DNA from: Chrysomallon squamiferum
Lineage: Eukaryota > Animalia > Mollusca
DNA: 64,000 nt
Reading direction: 5' to 3'
Assembly: GCA_012295275.1 (NCBI GenBank)
Contig: CM022673.1
Span: forward strand, 15,252,001-15,316,000
The stretch's first letter is position 1. Each line of letters begins with the position of its first letter. Shown in pieces: positions 54,786-64,000 of the stretch. The notes beneath the pieces are model-generated. The model ran no database searches, was not told the DNA's origin, and saw nothing but the letters and a program-made list of their open reading frames with translations. A program made the position numbers and the translations under genes.

Positions 54786-55084
54786 GGACAGTTATCTACA
54801 TACAAAAATACAAACAATATTTGCATGTTTATTAGACAGATTCAGATTAAAATTATTAAATATAGGTAATGTATGTAGGCTAAATAATACATTGAAAATA
54901 TATAATACCTTTTGATATCAGTAGATGTTTACTAAGAACTGACGCAAGCGTTGACGGTATTCATAATCATTCCAAATTGAAGATGTCTTCACCTTTCTCG
55001 ATAAAATAATAAATCTAAACTATACTGACAAATAATTTATCTGTCTGCTGTGATTTGGGTTGTTTTAACACGAAAGTACTAGAT

Positions 55085-55147
55085 ATTTTTTTCTTGTTTT
55101 CCTTTCCTTGTTTTAAATTAGATTTTTTTCTTGTTTTCCTTTCCTTG
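55085..55147. repeat. Short direct duplication
   Basis: TTTTTTCTTGTTTTCCTTTCCTTG occurs twice about 38 bp apart. Confidence 0.75.
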
Positions 55148-56021
55148 GTTTATCTTAGTCCAAATGCACATTTTAGTGCATATGTCAACTTACATTCAAG
55201 TGCAGATCTAGTATTCTATACAAAAAATAATAATAGTCTAAAAAAAAAAAATATAGCTTTGAAACATCAAGAAAATCGAGTAAGCGCATATATCGTAAAT
55301 ATAGTGGGTTTGCTGTATAAAACCAAATTCAATATGAAATATATATGTAATATAAAATAGGACAGTTTGTCTTTTGCGGCATGAAATAATCTTATTTTCA
55401 TTTAACATACATCTCAGCAAGTTTTTAAACTCTCATTTCTTTGTGAACGCGTTTTATATTTTTTTGATATCTCTAGTAAATTTTGATTTTTTTAAAATAT
55501 TTTTTTATTTGTTTTACTGTTTTTATTTCCAGAAAGCATATTCTGTTAATGGCAGGTATCTTGAAAGAGTCATTAAGTAAAATCCTATATTTTCAATACC
55601 TGAAACGTATAGCCACGAGCAACGATTACTTTTGATGTCATATTGTGAAATAAAAGCATAAAAGATTTCAACAGAATACTTGGCACGCAAAACATGTTTT
55701 CTCTAAATGTCAAGTATACTTTTTGAACAAAACGTAATATTTCATTCATTTTCCTCTTTGAAAACCCGCCTAGAGCCATATAAAACTGATAATTTATTAG
55801 CAAGAAAAATCTAACATGACAATATATTGAGCTACTGTACTGACTGAATTAATAGGATATTTTCAAGTATATTAAGTATTATCATGTTGTATGCTCTGTT
55901 CAAGATTCATAATTTAGAACTGTGATGTACGTATATATAATGTGTGTATGCATGTATGTATATATATGTGTGTGTGTGTGTTTGTGTATACACACATACA
56001 TATATATCTATATATCTCTCT

Positions 56022-56053
56022 TTCTCTCTCTCTCTTTATATATATATATATAT

Positions 56054-56128
<75 letters not shown>

Positions 56129-56142
56129 TATAGATAGATAGA
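56022..56142. repeat. (CT)n(TA)n(GATA)n compound microsatellite
   Basis: Read directly. Confidence 0.95.
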
Positions 56143-59100
56143 TTGTTTGTGTATACTTCCTTCCTGTATGTCTATAATAAAATGTTATAATACTGGAGAC
56201 ACTGCAGTTGGTGAGTTCACCAGAAGACGATGAAATATTGCAAATCATATCATCATTACAAGACGTAATTTGTACCGGGGGATAAACACTGGCCAATAGG
56301 ATACGAGTTAATCATAGTCTTCATTAATAGTAGAGACAGGAAAGTAATAGAGATGGTAGGGACAAAGACTTTTCTAAAAGTGTTTTAATCAATATGGAGA
56401 TTATCAGAAAAGTCGTCATGACATAGATGTAAGAAAATAACTGAAGGTCAGACTGTTACATGCCAAGACAAAAGTATCCAGCTAGTACAGCAGTCTTTGG
56501 TATCAAATATACGATCTTTATGTTATAAAAATTTGAATATTCTTTATCAGTTAACATGAAGATATCTATCTCATTGTCAGTCTGTCTGTTTCTGTTAGAC
56601 GTATATAACTGGCTTCTCATTGATACGAAAGTAACTACGTATATTTTAATAAATCAGATGACAGACACTGTCCAAAGCGACGAGTAGAACTATGAAACAT
56701 GCCTATGGGCTAGCACTAAACCACTCTGCTGTTAGAGGAATGACTTTTGTGAAATATCGTTTACATAGTGCGGATTTGTATAAACCCCAAGTAACAATGA
56801 AGCAAAAATAAAACAAATAAAATAAAACACAATGAAAATAAATAAGATAAAATAAAAATACAATAAAATAAAATAAAGTAGAATTAATAATGATAAATTT
56901 AAATAAAATAAAATTAAATATTAAAACCCTAACCGCACCAGACTAAACCATATCATTAACGAAAGAACCAACAAAAAATAAAATACTTCCGGGCACAATT
57001 ATCAATTTTATTAAGTATATATAAGTTACTTTTCATATTTAGGAAAAATATTTATCTATCAAATAATTATAGGTTTCGAAAAGTAAATCTCCAAATTTCT
57101 TTTTGGAGCAATAAATTCCACAAAAACAGGTCAACAAAATCTCTTTAATCCGATATAAACTCAATATGCTTTTAGCGTCGGCATCAGAATCTACTTAATC
57201 AGTGAATGCACATATAATGATTTTCTCTAATTCTTTAAATAACTTTGTAATGCATTTTTAAAATTCTTTTCGAATTCCTTGAATTTTCTTAAGATTTATT
57301 TCTTTAAAACCAGACGGCATGTAATTCCGTATTTTATTAAAAGTAATTCTTTGTTTTCAAACTGCTATGATAACATGCCAAAGCCCAGACTTTGTGTCAG
57401 AATTTACTTTTTTCAGTCTGCGATGATATAAGACTTTACTTTCTTTGTGTGCTTGATAGTGCAAATGAAAGCACTGTAGTGCTAAAGCTTAATTTAGAAA
57501 AGAAGAAGAAGAAGAAATTAAACAGGATAAAAAAATATACAAATATACAAATATACAAATATTCATACACACATACAAAATACTTACATATATACATACA
57601 TACATTTATAAATACATATGTACGTATGGATGCATTCTGCATGTATGCATGAATGTACGTAGATAAGATTTACATTAATTTTATCAGGTTTAAACAAAGT
57701 TTATGTGTTAATAAGAACAAAATGCGAATAAAATACTTATTATTATTATTATTATTATTTTTTTTTTTTTGCAAAAGAAATATTCTTCAACGTTTACACC
57801 ATAGCGCTATAAAAAAAAGAAAAGGAAAAAAAATTCTCTCAAACTGAAGAAGACTAAATTGGTTTTCTTCTTTTGTGAAAAAATTAAATAAAATAAAGTT
57901 CATTTCGTTTTCTCGCAGGTCAGCATGATTTCGTAGTAAAGTTCCATAAGATAATTTGCGCTTTATGAATTTTTTTAAATTTTATGAATTTTTTAAAACA
58001 GTGACAATCAACAATATGAATTTAAAGTGGGCATTTTTCATGAAAAAAGTCATGTTAAAAGTAAATTTACTGGTTTTTTGTTTTTGTTTTTATTTATTTA
58101 TTTATTTATTGTTAGTGCAATAAACCTGTTATAATGACTATGAAAAAATCCGACTCATAAGAGTGGTGTAAGAAATACATTTTCATATTGTTGCAATGTC
58201 TATATAGAAGCAACCTTATTATGGAGCAAAGCAATACACAGAACAATTACATTTCCTAATGGCGCAGTTCTTCATTTTATGCAAACTCGTCACGAAAAAA
58301 AGGTATTTAGATTGCTATATTTGTATAGTTAATAATATAAATGGTTTATGAAAGAAACTACATGAACTATGGGTATTAAAATTAAATTATGATACAGGAA
58401 TCAACAACCTACAAATCTTTCAATACGCAGACACTAACCTAAAAATAAAATTTTTTCCCAATAAAGGAAACATTTTAATATGAGGAAAATATATTGTTAC
58501 ATTATTCTATGGGTATCTGCATAATGAAAGTGATGAAACATATGAAACTTCATTTCTAGAATTATGTAACAAAAATGACACAACAATAAGAAGAAATTTT
58601 CTTAACGTATAAAATTATCGTGGGAAATTGATATCAGAATTGCATTAATATGTAGCTAATTCAACATACCAACTCTTAAATATATTGGATATTCGTCCCC
58701 GTAATTGCTATCTGAATATAGAAACTCGTGTAATAAGTGCAAACTCATCGCCTCAGGAAATAGACTTTAGTATTACATTATTGTATTAGAATCTCTGTGA
58801 CGTGGCTATTTTACAACATGCGGAAACACGTCACGTCCTGGGCCAGCGAAAGACAAGTATAATTGAATTATTCACAAATCACTATGCAAATCGCTCCACT
58901 GATCTTTCTCATTCTGTAGTGTTGCTCCACAATAGAAGCCAATCTCAATGAAGGAGGGGAGTAAAGTAATCAACGCGCTTTACACAGCAGTACCTAATAT
59001 CTGGGACAATGGAATCATCTTCGATTTAATACGATTGAGAACACTTCCAGTCTGTCTGTCTTCATTCAGTGGGCATTTCACGGGATCAGACAGAAGAAAA

Positions 59101-59655
59101 TATCCAAGAGCTCTTCGTGTACTCTTGTTCAAGGTTAAGTTATTTATCTGGTTTTGTTAAAAGGGGCCGAAGAAGAAACAGTATTATTTAGCGGCAGTGG
59201 TTCAGTCGCCAGGTTTAAATCAGATGGCAGATGGATCGCATGATAGCATGATTAAGAGATATTTCGGAGCCAAAGGACAACGAACGTATGAATCAAAATA
59301 ATTAATGCTTTAATGTTTTAAAATATATATTTCAAGGAGAGAATGCTTCAGTTACTGGTATGAGTATACTATTTATTTTGAGCTACGTTTGTTTTTTAAA
59401 GCAAAGGAAAACGTCATCCTCTATGGTTTGTTAATATAAAAATGACCAGTTCAGAACAAGCAGATTTAAAAAAAAAAAAATAACGACGAATTTAGTCTAA
59501 AAGAACCTTTTAGTATTAGTAAAACACAATACTGTTTATGTTTATTATGTTGCAGATAAGATATAAATTATTAAACTAATTTTAGAAAGTGATATATTTA
59601 AAGTCCCTCGCCACCTTGATACAGGTGTCATTACTATTTTATTTATTTTTATTTT

Positions 59656-59692
<37 letters not shown>

Positions 59693-60002
59693 TTTTTTAT
59701 TTTTTATTATTATTATTATTTATTTTTTTGACAAATGATATTAAAAAAGACTGGGGTCGGGTTAATTAACACGGCAAATACTTTAATCTAAAATATTACT
59801 GCACATGAGGGATTTTCGTAAGTTAAGACCAGCTGATCATTGTAAATCTAGAAAATTAAACAGTTTATGGTTCTGTTTTCTCGAGAGTTATTTCTTCTTT
59901 ATATATTCCATAGAGACACATAAATACACTAAAAGACAGAAAAGAAATAAAAAGAGAAAAAAAAGCACAACAACAAAAAGACAAAGTAAGAAATAAATAT
60001 AC

Positions 60003-60006
<4 letters not shown>

Positions 60007-60089
<83 letters not shown>
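60007..60089. repeat. (AG)n microsatellite
   Basis: Read directly. Confidence 0.97.
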
Positions 60090-60093
<4 letters not shown>

Positions 60094-60784
60094 TAGATAG
60101 AGAGAATGATATACAAGGACAGATGAATATTTAATAACGGATTTGTTTTAACATAAAATAAAGACATTTTTAAATAGCTTTAACCTAATATAAGAAATAA
60201 AAATAAAAAACTGTTCGATGCTTGGGAAGAATTCTCTTCGTTATTTCTTAATAACTTCATTTGCCCCATGTGACCTCCTTAAGTTTGCTTCCTTAGTTAT
60301 GATTTAATAATTCAATGATCATTATTTAAATGGGAAAAGAGGCAGGTTAACAGCAACTCTGAAAGATAGAAGATCAGACGAAAGAAACGAAATGGCAGGG
60401 TATCAGACAGGTACACATTTCAAGAGACTTTACATACTGGTGAGAGAAAAGAGAAAGATATATAATATCTTTAGAGAAAGAAGAACAGTTACGTGACAAA
60501 AAGAAAAAGAAAGAAAGAAAGAGAGGGAATGATAGAGTGATGGATAAAGAGAGTGTGTGTGTGCTAGTGACTGAAACTAATATGGTCAGAATAATAATGT
60601 AATTGAGTTTTTTTAAATTGAAATAAGTATTATAAAAGACTGATTATATGGAGAAATCATAAAACTGTATACAACATTTATTTTTCATGTTGATTTACTG
60701 GAGTTTTTTCGGCATCTGTTCGCTGCAATTTTCAGTCATTGTCAGTATTAAATTCAAACCTAAATATTAGAAATAAATTAATAA

Positions 60785-60990
60785 AGATATCATTGTAAAA
60801 AATAAATGCATTATTTAACATACTCATCGTACTTTTAACCTACATTTACCTGTTATTGAGTCATTATACGTAATAAAGCGCCATACACATAATAAGAAAG
60901 GAAACCTTCAGATAATCTCTTTTATTATTAAGAGAAGAAAGACATTTTTTTAAAAAGGCGTTTCCTAAACACAGAAAACTGTATTTGTTT
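60785..60990 (-). mobile_element. Degenerate SINE-like 3' half
   Basis: TTATTTAAC...ATTTACCTGTTAT...AAGAAAGGAAACC...TTCCTAAACACAGAAAA is collinear with the 31770 and 42795 copies. Confidence 0.4.
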
Positions 60991-63229
60991 ATAAAGGAGA
61001 AGTGGAACAAACCGAATAAAAATAACTTTAGAATATTCGGGTTTTAACAGCAACATCTTTCAACCCATCTTGTTGATTCCTTAATTTGTTAAAGAAATAT
61101 CATTCTGAATTATCTTTAATATCAAAATACTGCAGTTCGCAAGAATGACTCGAATATACATACTTTCAAAATGTTTTTCACATTTGTAAAGGGTGTAGTA
61201 AAACGTTGAATGTATAGGTTGGCAATCGATTCACATAAAAGATACTTCAGACTGAAACGGTCGACGGATTTCCATGGAAGATGTCTACAGTCGGAAATGA
61301 AAGGTTTTATACAAATATGTCTTGTTTTCCTGGCATTCATCAGAGCCCACTGTGCTCGATGAAGCCATTTTCTAGCAGAGAAAACGAATTCCTATACATT
61401 GTTGATAATCGAGATCAAAAGAGTCTCCGATTAACTCAAGACAATTTATTTGTGACTATTTTTATAGAGAAAATTTGCGTTAAATAATGATTTGGTAATT
61501 TAAACAGAATGCCGGCTCTCTTCAAATACAGATCCATGGAATATGGTTGCCTAATTGCTTTTAGTAGAAATAAATTAATTGAATAAGTAAAAATATTTCT
61601 AGGCTAAACTGAACAATATAAATGAAGGAATATAGAAAATAAATGATAATGACAATTATTTTTATTAATAAACGATCAAAAAAAAAATCTTGAAAGCGAA
61701 GGTAATCATGGTAATAATGATGACAATGTAGTTCATGTAATGAATCTCAGAATTATCCTTAATTATTTAGTTATTTTCGTGTTTTCTTCTTATGCTATCA
61801 TGGAGTAAATAAAAATCAGTTTTTTTTTCTTTTATTTAAATAATATGTTTTCTTTAAAACTTTCTATTTTACTTTTCTTTCGAAAAAAAAAAAAAATAAA
61901 TTAAAAAAAATCAAATCCTAATGAAAAGGGCAGTTCTGAACGAGTGGCAATGGTAAGCCATAACTCCCAAATCAACAGCAAAAAAAAATAAAAAATAATA
62001 ATAAAAATAAAAATAAAACAAGGATCAAAAACCAAAATACCCCCCAAAAAACTACACAAAAAACAACAAAAAAACACAACAGCAAAACAACAAACCAATA
62101 ACAACCAGAAAACAAATAGCAGCATTAAGACTTGAGAAGAAAACAAAAAATATTCAAATGACTAATCAGCCATTCATTTAGGAAACTGCTACAGACAAGT
62201 CATTTCCCTGGATACCCGCTTAATGTCGTTTGTCGCCTATAGTCATTATTCTTCTTGTATTTCTAACCACGAAAATAGATAAGCGAAGACGATATGGATG
62301 TTTCACATGTACTATCGCTTGCACACTTTGTCCCAAAGGACACAATTAAAAGTATTGGTAGCCATGCAAACAGTTACCATTTTGCAAGATATTAAGACCA
62401 TCATGCAAATTCTCAGCAATTGTGCTGTATCAGTCCGAGCCAATAAGTAAGTTTGTATTAAAACAAAACAAAAAAATGGTAATGCTTTTAGGACAACCAA
62501 ACAAAAATAAAGCAAATAATTTACCCTGCAGAGTTACGTTAAATTTTGAGGACGATAGAAATTATCACGCAAATTCTTGAATATCAAATTAATTTGCTTC
62601 AGTTCGTGTTAGCATAGAAATACGATCACAACTCTGTAATGTTTTTAGAACCTTGTAACAAAATTTCAAGATTTTGGTCACGATAATGAAAAATACTGAA
62701 TGTAATAATAAAATATATTTTAGTTTAATGTATATGTTTTGTCAATACATTATCAATTACAATTTAATCTCGTTTCTAATATAAATGTTTCCTTCTAATC
62801 CCTCTTATTAATTTGTTTTCGCAATTAAATGATATGCCCTTCAAGTCTGTTTAAGAGAGCAGAGTAATGGTACTTTTATTTTCTACATCCTTTGCTACCT
62901 CTTTTGTAACGGTATTTTATTTACAGATTCAGAAATGGTTTAATTTTCTAAATTAATACTGACTTGAGCTTGCAATTCCATTAACATCTTGAAATGTTGT
63001 TCTAGAGTAATAATGGAAACTCTTCTTAGATTATTTTCCAAATTAATGTTCTTTTAATGCATTACACAGATTAATGCATTATACATGATTTAATGTTTAG
63101 GAAAATAAAAATGGGGTAAACCTAATTAGAACAAATTCTTGAGTAATAAGAAAAAGCGTAATATTGAAGATGAAAGGTTAAAGATTATTAAATAACAACA
63201 AGAATAAATCACAACGAACACCAGCACCA

Positions 63230-63287
63230 ACCACCACAATCACCACCACCACTACTAACAAAAACAACATCAGCAGTAACAATAATC

Positions 63288-63359
<72 letters not shown>

Positions 63360-63470
63360 GTAATAATAATGCTAATAATAATAATAGTAATAATAATAAT
63401 AACAACAACAACAACAACAACAATAATAATAATAATATAGTAACAGTAACAAGAAGAAGAAGAAGAAGAA
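63230..63470. repeat. Compound (CAC)/(AAT)/(AAC)/(AAG) trinucleotide tract
   Basis: Read directly. Confidence 0.93.
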
Positions 63471-64000
63471 GCCTTGGCGACAACGATACAAAAACAAATA
63501 GTTTTAAGAATTCCCCATTTTGTAAGAATATTCAGGACAAGCATTTTTTTGTCCGTTTAGTCCGTAGCTGTAATATTAATAATTGGCTTTATCAACAGAA
63601 GACACGTTTAGAGTCAGTCGACGATCCTTCACTTTTCTTTGTATCGGATCACAGTATTCATTTTCTGTTACGTTGAGATCAGAAGATTATCTCAGAGGTA
63701 AATTTTAAATATTTATTTGTTGCGTATAACTGTTAACAGTACATACCGTTGTAAACAATATGTGGTCTGTTTAAGTATCGTTGGTTTATTGATATTTATT
63801 TTATATCATTCTTTGCATAAATTTCGCTTATACCATTTTATCTTATTTATTCCTCTGCTGAACGGTCCGTGAGTAACTGAAGATGTCTTTTGTTCTTTCA
63901 GGATTTCTCATTCATCAGTGCTGGAAACTGAGCGTTCAAAATCAGCTAAACTTTAAAACTGTACCGCCAATTATATGGACATCTCTTGGGCTCAGTTTTA

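Noticed and set aside
56180-56285. + strand frame ETLQLVSSPEDDEILQIISSLQDVICTGG*, faintly like the Gypsy Pol RNaseH-integrase linker
   Set aside because: About 30 residues with weak resemblance and no flanking Pol motifs. Cannot be supported without BLASTX.
63902-64000. Possible + strand exon at the window edge after TTCTTTCAG
   Set aside because: One frame is open for only ~33 codons before truncation, with no recognisable motif.

Overview
AT-rich, microsatellite-dense animal genomic DNA, not prokaryotic. The repeat content suggests a mollusc, probably a gastropod, but that is an inference. Only one protein-coding gene is well supported: a minus-strand class A (rhodopsin-like) neuropeptide GPCR of the vasopressin/oxytocin-CCAP/NPS-GnRH receptor superfamily. 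It has two coding exons (12342-11855 and 7901-7001) joined by a canonical phase-2 GT-AG intron, giving 462 aa. Its pocket residues fit none of the classic subfamilies well, and an achatin (D-amino-acid peptide) receptor is my leading but unverified hypothesis. An 11-codon uORF ends on the receptor start codon (TGATG). A strong splice acceptor 35 nt upstream of the ATG implies 5' UTR exons further right, with candidates near 36 kb and 38.9 kb. The other ~50 kb is non-coding. It holds a decayed mariner transposase fragment, degenerate copies of a tRNA-headed SINE-like family, MITE-like fragments, small tandem duplications, enhancer-like motif clusters and many simple repeats. A candidate solitary LTR lies 3' of the gene. 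Nearly all other ORFs in the supplied track are artefacts of simple repeats or GTG/TTG starts. I see no evidence of a new multi-gene system.
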